Shown here piece by piece: positions 28,543-38,052 of a stretch of 64,000 bases of DNA. Under the pieces are notes generated by a model that had not been told where the DNA came from, did not search any database, and saw only the letters and a program-made list of their open reading frames with translations. Origin of the DNA: an uncultured bacterium (GTDB taxonomy: Bacteria; Fidelibacterota; Marinisomatia; Marinisomatales; Marinisomataceae); NCBI GenBank assembly GCA_943788675.1, contig CALSRE010000002.1, forward strand, positions 6,679-70,678. The letters run 5' to 3'. Numbering within the stretch: the first letter of the stretch is position 1; each line of letters starts with the position of its first letter. The position numbers and the translations under genes were made by a program.

Positions 28543-30729
28543 TTAAAAAGTATAATCAACTCCTAATGAAAAACTGCGAGGCATCGTTGGTCTAGCGCCA
28601 TACGGTCTTCTAGCTGTAATATCATCGTCATCCATTAGGTTCTTAACTCCAACAGATAAAGAAATATTATCTTGTAATGCATATCTTACTCCCAAGTCAA
28701 CAAGAACTAGTGCGTCGGTTGCGTTCGTTCCTGAAATTTTACCAGAACCAGCTGTGGTTCTCATTTTCGAAGTATGCTTTACGCTAATATTGGTAGACAC
28801 TTTATCAACATTTAAACCTACATTTAATGACATCATTGTTTTAGGTAGATAAGGCAATTCATCCCCTTTTGAAACATCGCCCCAAAAACCATCAAATGAT
28901 TCTTTAAACTCTGAGTTAGTACTTGTGTAAGCCAACTCTACTGGCATTTGCATATATCCATTATCTAAAAGGATTCTTCGTAGATATAATTCAAACCCAG
29001 AAATATCGACAGCACCACCATTATAAAGTGCGTCTGAACCGCCACCAGAAGCAGCAGTATCAGCACCTAGTAAATTATCATAACTATTCATAAAGTAAGT
29101 GAACTCCATACTGTTAATACCTTCATTAGTTTTAAAACCAAATTCAGTATTTAAACTTGTTTCAGGATCAACTTGCTCATCAGAAACACCTGAAGTTCCA
29201 GGTCCTGGAGGAGCGAATCCTTTGTGAATACCAAGCGAAACAGTTTGAGTGTCGGATAATGGATATTCAACAGAAACACCTGGTACAACTACGCTAATAG
29301 TATGCTCTCTCTTGGATGGTACTTCAGACCTATCTGGATCTGTTTTACCCCAATCATCTCTCATCACTGTAATTTCTTCATATCGAGCTCCTGCTGTAAC
29401 AGTAAGCTCACCAACAGAAAATCTATCTTCAAGATATAATGCTGATGCTTCAGCTGAATCAATTCTATTGGAATCAGAACCTTTTACAGCTTGAGTAGTA
29501 ATTACAAGTTTACCGCCAGCCATCTTGTAACGATCTTCCCATTGGAATCTATCCATTTCGTCATTATGAATTCTCAGTCCAGCTTGAATATCATGACCGC
29601 TTTCAGTTCTAACATTCAATACCGCCTGAATACCTGATGAATAGTATTCTCTGTTGTTAGCTTTAATTCTGTATGCATCGTCTGCACTTTCTTGTGTATT
29701 CATCAGCAAGTAGAAATCATTCCATCCATCAGAATCTGATTTTGTGATAGTACTCAGTGATTGACCGTTCACCTTATTTAACTTGTACCAATTTCTAGCA
29801 AAATCATTGCTATATCCTACAATTGCAAGATTAATATTGTCCGCTAACTTAGCAGCATAAGACAATGTAACCTGCGAATGATCTGCGTCCATCTCGTCCA
29901 GAGCAGTTGCTCTATATCTACGCAATGGATTATCGTTATAGTCTGAATCAGTTAATCCTAAATACGTTTCATTTGAGATTTCATCTGTCATTGAGTACTT
30001 AAATTCTAGAGCATGTGACTCACTGAAACTGTATCTTAACTTTGTCATAAAGTCAGTTTTTGAGTATCCAGTGTCTCCCCCGCCATCAAGCTCTTTAAAA
30101 CCATCTGTATTATCTGTAAACAATTCTACAAGATAACCAAATTTTTCTTCTGTGTTCCCTGAAGTTGCATGAAGCACAGTTTTACCAAAACTTCCTATAT
30201 CCAATGATACAGAATTATGTTGCTTCATAGGTATTGAGGTTGAAATATAATTTAATGAACCTCCTGTAGTGAAAGGACCGTGCTTAATTTGTGTAGATCC
30301 TTTTCTAATTTCAATTGTTTCCATTCTACCTGCAGTCGGTGAATAATATGCTGCTGGAGATGCATATGGAGCTGGAGCAATTAATATTCCATCTTCCATT
30401 ACATTAAGTTTTTCCATTCTTAAAGAACCAGTTCCTCTAAGACCTACATTTGGTCTTAAACCCAAACCATCTTCTTCAGAAATATATACACCAGGAATTC
30501 TTCCAAGAATTCTGTGAATATCTGTATGATTAAATTGTTCTAATTCGCTCTTACTTACTACATCGCTTGGTTCAGCGTTACGAAAAAACATACCTGATGT
30601 TATACTTTTAGATTCAGCTAATACTTCAACCGCATCTAATGCAATTGGTTTAGTAGAATCTGATTCAGCAACAATATTTTGTGCAAATGCAATATTTAAA
30701 GCAAATATACATAATAATAGTTTTTTCAT
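28543..30729 (-). CDS. TonB-dependent outer-membrane receptor
   Basis: The likely start is the internal ATG at 30729 (MKKLLLCIFALNIAFAQ), preceded by AAGGGGAGAA. Plug region GVYISEEDGLGLRPNVGLRG...MEDGILIAPAPY. A long beta-barrel ends RSFSLGVDYTF. Confidence 0.9.
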   Translation of the reverse strand: MKKLLLCIFALNIAFAQNIVAESDSTKPIALDAVEVLAESKSITSGMFFRNAEPSDVVSKSELEQFNHTDIHRILGRIPGVYISEEDGLGLRPNVGLRGTGSLRMEKLNVMEDGILIAPAPYASPAAYYSPTAGRMETIEIRKGSTQIKHGPFTTGGSLNYISTSIPMKQHNSVSLDIGSFGKTVLHATSGNTEEKFGYLVELFTDNTDGFKELDGGGDTGYSKTDFMTKLRYSFSESHALEFKYSMTDEISNETYLGLTDSDYNDNPLRRYRATALDEMDADHSQVTLSYAAKLADNINLAIVGYSNDFARNWYKLNKVNGQSLSTITKSDSDGWNDFYLLMNTQESADDAYRIKANNREYYSSGIQAVLNVRTESGHDIQAGLRIHNDEMDRFQWEDRYKMAGGKLVITTQAVKGSDSNRIDSAEASALYLEDRFSVGELTVTAGARYEEITVMRDDWGKTDPDRSEVPSKREHTISVVVPGVSVEYPLSDTQTVSLGIHKGFAPPGPGTSGVSDEQVDPETSLNTEFGFKTNEGINSMEFTYFMNSYDNLLGADTAASGGGSDALYNGGAVDISGFELYLRRILLDNGYMQMPVELAYTSTNSEFKESFDGFWGDVSKGDELPYLPKTMMSLNVGLNVDKVSTNISVKHTSKMRTTAGSGKISGTNATDALVLVDLGVRYALQDNISLSVGVKNLMDDDDITARRPYGARPTMPRSFSLGVDYTF

Positions 30730-30741
30730 TTTCTCCCCTTT

Positions 30742-30760
30742 ATTGAGATTGTGTCGCAAT
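30742..30760 (-). promoter_or_regulatory. Operator-like imperfect 19-bp palindrome between the putative -10 and the RBS of the TonB-dependent receptor
   Basis: ATTGAGATT-G-TGTCGCAAT. The left arm is identical to that of the perfect site at 30793-30811, and 6 of 9 positions match in the right arm. Confidence 0.3.
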
Positions 30761-30792
30761 ATTAAATTGGAAAAAAAGAAAAAACAAGTATA

Positions 30793-30811
30793 ATTGAGAT
30801 TAAATCTCAAT
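30793..30811 (-). promoter_or_regulatory. Operator-like perfect 9-1-9 palindrome overlapping a -10-like TATACT
   Basis: ATTGAGATT-A-AATCTCAAT (perfect inverted repeat). On the minus strand it is immediately followed by TATACT (30787-30792). It has the same 9-1-9 geometry as Fur-type boxes, although the sequence differs from the E. coli consensus. Confidence 0.4.
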
Positions 30812-30816
30812 AAATA

Positions 30817-31848
30817 CTATTTGTCGACGATATCAGCTATAAATATATTTGTATTTCTAGGATTTTCTGCATCTCTATTTGAAGAAAAAACTATTTTTTT
30901 ACCATTTTTTGAAAATACTGGGAATGAATCAAAGGTATCATTATAAGTTAATCTTGACAAAGATCCTGATGCGATATTAATCATATATAATTCAAAGTTA
31001 CTTCCGTAAGCATTATAATCTTCTCTCCAGTCGTCCATATTTGAAGAAAAAACAATATGTTTTCCATCTGGATGCCATGATGGAGCCCAATTGGTAGCAC
31101 CATTTTTTGTCAGTCTTTGCTTTTTAGAGCCATCTCTTTTCGCAACATATATATCCAATGGAACTGATTCGATAAACTTTTTAGAAAGATTATTCTTCCA
31201 CTTAGTGATTTCTTCTTCTGTTGATGGATACCATGCTCTCCAAACTATATTTTCTCCATCTGGAGAGTAAAAAGCTCCACCATCATAACCATACTCGGAA
31301 GTTATTTGCTTGATATTTTCTCCATTGTAATCCATCTCAAAAAGATTGATATCGCCATCTCTTAAAGATGTAAAAATTACTTTCTCTTCAAATGGATGAA
31401 TTGTTGTTTCAGCATTATATCCTGGATAGTCTGTAAGCTGTACAACTCGGTCGCTTTCTATTCTAAATATTTCATAATCACGTAAAGGCCAAATATACTT
31501 TCTTGGATTTGGGTCTTTATATATTTCAGGACACTCTTTCCCTAAATGCATTGTAGAAGAAAAAAAGGTATATTGATCATCAAGTGAAAAATAAGCACAT
31601 GTAAATGCTCCTTTTTTTAAAGGAAATTCTTGAAGATTTGTGCCATCCACACCCACAATATAAAGCTTATCACAATCATTTCCATCTCTCTTAGATTGAA
31701 AAATTAACTTGGATTGATCGTCACTAAAATATGCCTCACCATTATCTCCCTTAAAGGTCAATTGAGTTGTGTTCTCTAATCGATAATCAATTTTATCAGA
31801 ACAAGAAACAATAATTAAAAAAAATACTACAATTCTAAAATGTAACAT
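30817..31848 (-). CDS. TolB-like / PD40 (WD40-like) beta-propeller protein
   Basis: Repeated FSxDGxxIVFxS units: YFSDDQSKLIFQSKRDG, FYSPDGENIVW, WHPDGKHIVFSSN, FSKNGKKIVFSSNRD. Confidence 0.75.
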   Translation of the reverse strand: MLHFRIVVFFLIIVSCSDKIDYRLENTTQLTFKGDNGEAYFSDDQSKLIFQSKRDGNDCDKLYIVGVDGTNLQEFPLKKGAFTCAYFSLDDQYTFFSSTMHLGKECPEIYKDPNPRKYIWPLRDYEIFRIESDRVVQLTDYPGYNAETTIHPFEEKVIFTSLRDGDINLFEMDYNGENIKQITSEYGYDGGAFYSPDGENIVWRAWYPSTEEEITKWKNNLSKKFIESVPLDIYVAKRDGSKKQRLTKNGATNWAPSWHPDGKHIVFSSNMDDWREDYNAYGSNFELYMINIASGSLSRLTYNDTFDSFPVFSKNGKKIVFSSNRDAENPRNTNIFIADIVDK

Positions 31849-33115
31849 CTAGCGAAACTTCATTATTATTTCTTTTAATTATAACTTTTACCGTAGTACC
31901 AGGCTCGATAGTCGATAATGCTTCCATATATTTATATATATCAGTTATATCTGTATACTTAATCTTTAAAACAATATCACCATCTTTCATACCAGATTTT
32001 TTAGCAGGTCTATCATCTATTACTGAGTCAATCTTTAATCCAGTTCCGGCGTGAGCATAATCAGGCATCACTCCAAGAGACACTTTCATTCTGGCGGGCG
32101 TTTGTTCAGATTCTTCTTCAAGCTTTGGCAATGCTTTAAATTCAATTCTATCATTTCTATTTGCGACATTATCGATAACTTTCTCTGCTAAATCTGAAAT
32201 AAGTTTTAAGCCTTTATAATTAACTAAATTAGCTTCATCTCTCGGCGAATGATAGTCTTGATGAATTCCAGTAAAGAAGAAAAGTGAAGGAATATTTTTT
32301 TTATAAAAATTGTAATGATCAGAGCGAGAAAATAAACTTCTAACTCCGCTTGCTGTATGCTCATAACTAGTAACCTTTAACTCGCTTGTATCAAAAAACG
32401 GTTGTAGAGTCTCACTTAAGCCGTAAGCAGTTGGAACACCGCCAAGATAAACGTTCTTTTCTTTATCCAGTCTTCCGACCATATCTAAATTGACCATCAG
32501 CTGCACCTTATCTAGGTCTATAGTTGGGTTTTCAGTGTAATGTTTTGAACCTAATAAACCTAATTCTTCACCACCGAAAAGAATGAAAACTAAAGTTCTT
32601 TTGTGATTATTTGTTGATGCATACTTTTCAAAAAGCTCTAATACCATTGCTGTACCTGAAGCATTATCATCTGCCCCATTATTAATGTTATCAAAAAATA
32701 ATCTTCTAGCCTTAGGAGGATTTGCAGTTGTATCATAATGCCCACCAATGATTACATATTCATCTTTTAATATCGGGTCATTTCCAGGTAAAATACCAAT
32801 AATGTTAAACGTGGTTGCAGTTTCATTTCTCCTTCTGTTTGTAATAACTTCGAACTCCTGTACGGTAACCGACGCTGAAGCTTCAAACAAATCTACCATA
32901 TAATCTCTAGCAAGTAAATCACCCTTACTTCCAGCGCTTCTACCACCAAGCTTATCAGAAGCCAGATATCCAACGCGAGATTTAAAATCTTCAATGCTTG
33001 TTTCTGCTTTTGTTTTATCAGTTGATTGAAAATCAAAAAGATTTGAAGAGGTTGCAGTACACCCCATTAAAAAAAATGTGAAAACTATTAAGCCTCTCAT
33101 GCTAAACCCTTTCAT
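31835..33115 (-). CDS. M28-family aminopeptidase lipoprotein with a C-terminal PDZ domain
   Basis: Lipobox FFLMGC. GGHYDT and GADDNASGTAMVLEL (M28 metal ligands). C-terminal GLKIDSVIDDRPAKKSGMKDGDIVLKI (PDZ). Confidence 0.8.
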   Translation of the reverse strand: MKGFSMRGLIVFTFFLMGCTATSSNLFDFQSTDKTKAETSIEDFKSRVGYLASDKLGGRSAGSKGDLLARDYMVDLFEASASVTVQEFEVITNRRRNETATTFNIIGILPGNDPILKDEYVIIGGHYDTTANPPKARRLFFDNINNGADDNASGTAMVLELFEKYASTNNHKRTLVFILFGGEELGLLGSKHYTENPTIDLDKVQLMVNLDMVGRLDKEKNVYLGGVPTAYGLSETLQPFFDTSELKVTSYEHTASGVRSLFSRSDHYNFYKKNIPSLFFFTGIHQDYHSPRDEANLVNYKGLKLISDLAEKVIDNVANRNDRIEFKALPKLEEESEQTPARMKVSLGVMPDYAHAGTGLKIDSVIDDRPAKKSGMKDGDIVLKIKYTDITDIYKYMEALSTIEPGTTVKVIIKRNNNEVSLDVTF

Positions 33116-33729
33116 TGAAATAAATATCCTACTAAAACGTAACTTAATGCAAAAATAATAGTTAAAACTATTATAAAAGTATTGAAATGTTTGTCCATCA
33201 TAACCTTGATTGGTTTTCCAAAAAAATGTATCAACAATCCGATTATAAGAAATCTTCCACCTCTTCCTAAAACTGAAGCTATAATAAATGTTGGTAAATC
33301 TATTTGGAATACACCTGCCGTTATAGAGAAAACCTTATAAGGAATTGGAGTAAAGGCTGCAGTAAAAATGACCCAAAAATTGTATGCATCATACTGCGCT
33401 CCTACATTATCAAAAACTACTGGAGTAAACCCAGGAATAACTCTAAAGAAAAAATTAGCAATTCCAGTTAATTCCCCTGACGGAGTATACCATAAAAAAT
33501 AGCCAATAATAAATCCAAAAATTCCTCCTAAAACAGAACCTAAAGTACAAATAAAAACATAGTACATTGAGCGCTTAACTTTCCCAAGACATAGTGCCAT
33601 AAGAAGCGGATCAGCTGGTACAGGGAAAAACGAGGATTCTGCAAATGCTACTAGAAAAAGAATTAGGGTCCCATAAACACTTTCAGCCCAAGAAAGCACC
33701 CATTTGTACAAGTTTTTAAGTGGATTCAT
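33112..33729 (-). CDS. YqaA/DedA-type (SNARE-associated) membrane protein
   Basis: LFLVAFAESSFFPVPADPLLMAL plus multiple TM helices. ATGA overlap with the downstream gene. Confidence 0.7.
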   Translation of the reverse strand: MNPLKNLYKWVLSWAESVYGTLILFLVAFAESSFFPVPADPLLMALCLGKVKRSMYYVFICTLGSVLGGIFGFIIGYFLWYTPSGELTGIANFFFRVIPGFTPVVFDNVGAQYDAYNFWVIFTAAFTPIPYKVFSITAGVFQIDLPTFIIASVLGRGGRFLIIGLLIHFFGKPIKVMMDKHFNTFIIVLTIIFALSYVLVGYLFQ

Positions 33730-33731
33730 TT

Positions 33732-36700
33732 CTAGCGAATTTTTACTAATTTTTTAGCTTTTTTAAATTTATTGTTAGTACTATTTGGGGTAAAAATTTG
33801 GCAAAAATATACACCAGAACTTACCTCTTCATTTTTATCGTTTGTACCATCCCACAGTATCATTTGATAACCGGCATCAACCTCTTGATCTACTAATGTT
33901 TTAATTTTCTGACCCTTTATATTAAATATTCTTATTATAATATGCTCCTTTTTCGGTACATCATATTCAAATGTTGTGAAACTTCTGAAAGGATTCGGGT
34001 AATTCTGATCTATTCCCCATTCATCTGGAATTAATTGACTTCCATCAATAAAGAGTTTTCCTCCAAAAGGATAAGATAAAGTTGAAGCTATTCCATCAAA
34101 AATCTCCACTGTCCAGTAACCTTCGGAAATATTTATTGTATCTGTTTGAGTTACTATATCTTTTAAGGCCCAAGTTTTAAAGTTTTCATATGTGTATTCT
34201 TGCATTGTTAAAAACTGTAAATCATCATAACCAACCATTTTATATTGCAATAATTCGCTATCTACATCACTTGAAGGACTCCACTCAAATCTTAGCGAAT
34301 CATTAATATTTTCTATATCAATTACAAGAGTTCTATTATTAAATCCAGGTAAATATTCTCCAGAGTTAACCAAATATTCACCAATCAATGAAGAAGTTGA
34401 TGGAGGGTCATTAACAGGAAGAACGTTAACATTGAATTCAATACTAGTATTATCAACACCCCCATCCAATGTTCCTCCATTATCCATAACTGAAACAACA
34501 ATTTTTGACTCTCCAAACATATTTTCTTTTGGTGATAATATGAGCCTATAGACTATATTTTCATCTGGTTGAGATATTGCAACATTTATACTTTCATCAA
34601 AAAGCTCATTATTTGATGCAGTTGCTGAAACACTTACTTCTTGTGAATTTACATCTTTACCATAGCTAACGCCTGTTAAGGTTATCGCTAAGTCTGTATC
34701 TTCATAAAACTCAACATCTTGAATAATATCGATCGTAGGTGGAAAATTTGGTAAAATAATTGGCTGTACCTGCACTTCGTTTGAAACTGGGCTAGACTCT
34801 GATCCAGAAACTAGTATTGCCTTATAAAAGTAAACCGTATTTATGTCTAAATTTGAATCTAAATAACTAGTAGACGGATGTGATAAAGTACCTATTAAAT
34901 TTTCAGATGATGGAAAAAATGATTCAACTGTAGATCTATATAATTTAATATAATCTCCCTTTGAAATAGCAGAACCCCATTCTAGCATTATTGATCCATC
35001 TTCAGGTATAGAAAATGTAATTGTTGGAGCTGCTAAATTTGAAGACTCCTTTAATACAAAAAGTCCATCATCAATTGCAGTAACAACAATATTTCCGCTT
35101 TCAAAAAACGGGTAATTGCTCCATGAGCCATCAAAGTTTGTATTGTTGTTTGACGGATGAACATCAAAAAAAGCTCTTTCTGATGGATTTGAAATATCCG
35201 AAATATCTAAAATTCTTAAACCGCTTGAATAGTGAGACATAAAGACATCATTACCTATAATATAATTATTATGATCAATTGATGCATTGGGACCACTATA
35301 TGTTGTCTCTAATGTTGGATTATCTAAATCTTGGACATCCCAAATTAAAGTTCTGGTTTTATTAATACTCGATGAGTTGTACTCATCTAACTCATCATTT
35401 ACTACAAAATATTTATGATCTTCTGTCAACCATCCTTGATGAGTATAATAATTATTATAACTTCCTAAACTTATAGTTTTAGAACCTGTACTATCATCTG
35501 ATTTTACAGATACATCAGTAATCCAAACTTTTGTTTCGTTAGATCCAAAGCAAATTTCTTTACCAAAATATGCTGAATCTGGACCATTATAAATAACACA
35601 CTGAACATCATGCACATACCCAGTTCCGCTTCTTCCAGTGGCCGGATCTGAAATACAAGCTGACTTAATAGGAGATGTAGGATCTGAAATATCAACTACA
35701 TGTAAACCACCAGGCCCACAAGTAGTAGTTCCAATAGCGTAAGCAAAAGCTGTATCTTCATTTATGAAAATATTATGTGCGTTTCCAAATTCATTGTAAT
35801 AAGCTGATATAGAAAATGTAATTGGATTACCACTATAATTCCTTAAATCAGTAAGGTCAAATACTTGCATTCCATGACCTGAAGCTTCAGAAACAATAAA
35901 AGCATAATTTGAATAGACTTTAATATCTCTCCAAGTTGATTGGTTAGTTGCAGTGGGAAGTCGTCCAATAAACACTGGATTCTCTGGATTTGAAATATCG
36001 ACAAAAGATGTTCCATTGCTCATTCCGACTAATGCATACTCTTTTCCATTAGATGGATCAGTCCATCCCCAAATATCATTTAAGATTGTCGAATTAATAC
36101 CACCTAATTGAGTTTTATCAATATAGGACATCATATCAATACCATCACACTCATAAGATCCAGCATAACCATTTTCACATTTTGTTTTTGATAAAATTGA
36201 TTCTCTTTTTGTTGATGTAGGAATTGTGTTTAACTCTCTACTATTATTTAAATCAAAATTATGTATAAATAGATCTTCAGCATAATATGAATCAGTTATT
36301 AAAAAACTATCATCAGAGACAATATTCCTACTTGAATATTTTTCTTCTTCTAATATGCCGTTATCAAAATAGCCTTTAAATGCTAATTTGTTTTTAAGTT
36401 TAGAATATGTATGAATTTTTGAATCATTAAAAGAAGAAATAAAAACATCATTGTTAACTTCTGAAATTCTGAATCCAAAATATATATCATCTAAATTATT
36501 TTCTGGACTAATTACTTCAGATAATATCCATTGAGAATTTTCTGATGATAATTTTTCGTATTTAAATACCTTGCCTTGATTATTATTTAAACCTAGGGAA
36601 GAAATATATAAATTTTCTTTACCTATATGGACAGATTCTCCAAATCTTTTTCTTTCAGAACTGTCACTTTCAAATCCAGGGAATGTTATGGAAGTTGCAT

Positions 36701-37418
36701 TTATTTCATTTTCTTCAAAATCAATTAAATAAGCAAAATCTTTAAGTGAGCCGATTAGTAGTTTATTATTATCTATAGATGAAGAAATACCAAAACCAAA
36801 TCTATCAGGTCCTTCAGCATAGCATCCAGCAACATCACCAATTTTTCTAACATCTATATTAAAAGTCGGTATATCGTCAATTTTATTCGTACTACTCCCG
36901 TCAATTCTATAAATATGAACTAATCCATCGTTATTAAAAGGTGAAGAAATGGATACATATTTATTATTTATTGATACGCTATAACCAAATTTATGAGGCT
37001 TACCTTTAATCTGTGAAAAAGGATTTTCAAATTTTTTATAAAGTTTCCAATCATTTGACACTTTTTTATAAAGAAAAGCTGCACCTTCTCCCTCTTTATA
37101 TCCAGGAGCTCCAATAATCATAAAATCATTATAATGGTCAATACTAAAACCAAAGTCATCACCAGGCATAGGATATTGCGACACAATTTCTTGAATTAAA
37201 ATAGGATTCAAACCATCGATAAGATTGTAAACCTTTACGATGCGAGATTTTGTTGAAACAAAAGTATTGGCTGTAATTAAGATGTTGTCATTAAGAGACA
37301 AAGGAGTGTGTCTTCCCCAATGCAAAAGTTCTACTGAATGGCTTTTACCGGGCGAACCTGCAAACACTAAAGCCAAAAGACAGATTGTAAAAATTGATTT
37401 ATAAAGTTTTTTTATCAT
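33732..37418 (-). CDS. 1228-aa secreted multidomain surface protein with a T9SS C-terminal sorting domain
   Basis: Signal peptide. N-terminal FG-GAP-like repeats (GDDFGFSI, FGYSVSI, RFGFGISS). A central LVIVD / choice-of-anchor-B-like propeller (DIWGWTD...YALVG, YSNYAFIVSEASGHGMQVFDL, SHYSSGLRILDISD). Fn3-like and cadherin-like (VNVLPVNDPP) modules. C-terminus NYPNPFRSFTTFEYDV...IFNIKGQKIKTLV...SGVYFCQI. Confidence 0.85.
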   Translation of the reverse strand: MIKKLYKSIFTICLLALVFAGSPGKSHSVELLHWGRHTPLSLNDNILITANTFVSTKSRIVKVYNLIDGLNPILIQEIVSQYPMPGDDFGFSIDHYNDFMIIGAPGYKEGEGAAFLYKKVSNDWKLYKKFENPFSQIKGKPHKFGYSVSINNKYVSISSPFNNDGLVHIYRIDGSSTNKIDDIPTFNIDVRKIGDVAGCYAEGPDRFGFGISSSIDNNKLLIGSLKDFAYLIDFEENEINATSITFPGFESDSSERKRFGESVHIGKENLYISSLGLNNNQGKVFKYEKLSSENSQWILSEVISPENNLDDIYFGFRISEVNNDVFISSFNDSKIHTYSKLKNKLAFKGYFDNGILEEEKYSSRNIVSDDSFLITDSYYAEDLFIHNFDLNNSRELNTIPTSTKRESILSKTKCENGYAGSYECDGIDMMSYIDKTQLGGINSTILNDIWGWTDPSNGKEYALVGMSNGTSFVDISNPENPVFIGRLPTATNQSTWRDIKVYSNYAFIVSEASGHGMQVFDLTDLRNYSGNPITFSISAYYNEFGNAHNIFINEDTAFAYAIGTTTCGPGGLHVVDISDPTSPIKSACISDPATGRSGTGYVHDVQCVIYNGPDSAYFGKEICFGSNETKVWITDVSVKSDDSTGSKTISLGSYNNYYTHQGWLTEDHKYFVVNDELDEYNSSSINKTRTLIWDVQDLDNPTLETTYSGPNASIDHNNYIIGNDVFMSHYSSGLRILDISDISNPSERAFFDVHPSNNNTNFDGSWSNYPFFESGNIVVTAIDDGLFVLKESSNLAAPTITFSIPEDGSIMLEWGSAISKGDYIKLYRSTVESFFPSSENLIGTLSHPSTSYLDSNLDINTVYFYKAILVSGSESSPVSNEVQVQPIILPNFPPTIDIIQDVEFYEDTDLAITLTGVSYGKDVNSQEVSVSATASNNELFDESINVAISQPDENIVYRLILSPKENMFGESKIVVSVMDNGGTLDGGVDNTSIEFNVNVLPVNDPPSTSSLIGEYLVNSGEYLPGFNNRTLVIDIENINDSLRFEWSPSSDVDSELLQYKMVGYDDLQFLTMQEYTYENFKTWALKDIVTQTDTINISEGYWTVEIFDGIASTLSYPFGGKLFIDGSQLIPDEWGIDQNYPNPFRSFTTFEYDVPKKEHIIIRIFNIKGQKIKTLVDQEVDAGYQMILWDGTNDKNEEVSSGVYFCQIFTPNSTNNKFKKAKKLVKIR

Positions 37419-37485
37419 AACCTTTGAGATAAAGTATAATTATAAATTTAAGAAATAAGAAGTTGTTTAATGAATAAATAAACTA

Positions 37486-38052
37486 CTAATTAATTGGTTC
37501 ATCAAGAAATAATGATTTATCAATTGCTGTGAAAAAAATTTTGAAAAATTCTGTGGAACGTTTTCTTTGTGCACCACCAAAATTTATTCGTAAAGAAGAA
37601 ATAAATGGCTCTGTATCATAAATAGGCTTAACTGTTACAGTTGCAGTTAGCTTATAATCTTTAATTACAACAGTTTCTCCGTCATCCCTACCTCTGCCAC
37701 CACATAAAAAGCAATCATCGTTTTCTCTATCAGCAAAGGTTAAAATAGCTGCAATTGCAAGAACTCCAACGATAATATTGCCCGCACTAATTCCTTCATC
37801 TTTTTGTTCCTTTGGCTCTTCAACTTTACTCGCTGTAATCAAGCCAAACTCTTCATTTAAGGTATCTATTGTAAACCCAAGATCTTGAAAGGCGCCAATA
37901 GTTGACTGCATTAATGATTTTACGTCGGTATCATACTCTCTGGTTTCAACAGCTCGTTGGGCCGCAGTAGACTTTTTTGATGAACCGCCGGAACTACAAC
38001 TCATCAACAAGAAAGTTAGAACAAAAGAATTTATTGCAATATTTTTAAACAT
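37486..38052 (-). CDS. Lipoprotein, paralog of 38052-38549, with an inserted hydrophobic/Cys-containing segment
   Basis: Lipobox LLMSCSS. Shares IGAFQDLGFTIDTLNEEFGLITASK and SLRINFGG...FFKIFFTAIDKSLFLDEP with its neighbour. Confidence 0.6.
   Translation of the reverse strand: MFKNIAINSFVLTFLLMSCSSGGSSKKSTAAQRAVETREYDTDVKSLMQSTIGAFQDLGFTIDTLNEEFGLITASKVEEPKEQKDEGISAGNIIVGVLAIAAILTFADRENDDCFLCGGRGRDDGETVVIKDYKLTATVTVKPIYDTEPFISSLRINFGGAQRKRSTEFFKIFFTAIDKSLFLDEPIN

Noticed and set aside
30793-30811. The perfect palindrome read as a rho-independent terminator of the upstream TolB-like gene.
   Set aside because: It is kept only as an alternative. The arms are AT-rich with a 1-nt centre, giving at most a weak 7-8 bp stem. 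The T-rich tract starts 8 nt after the stem. A second half-matching copy lies 33 nt downstream, which fits tandem operators better.
35504-35695. Same-strand out-of-frame ORFs inside larger genes: 35504-35695, 55025-55258, 56337-56531, 57997-58179, 63232-63465, 17244-17669 and 25265-25496.
   Set aside because: They overlap better-supported frames, or in frameshifted regions they are partly chimeric readings of the real gene. None has independent support.
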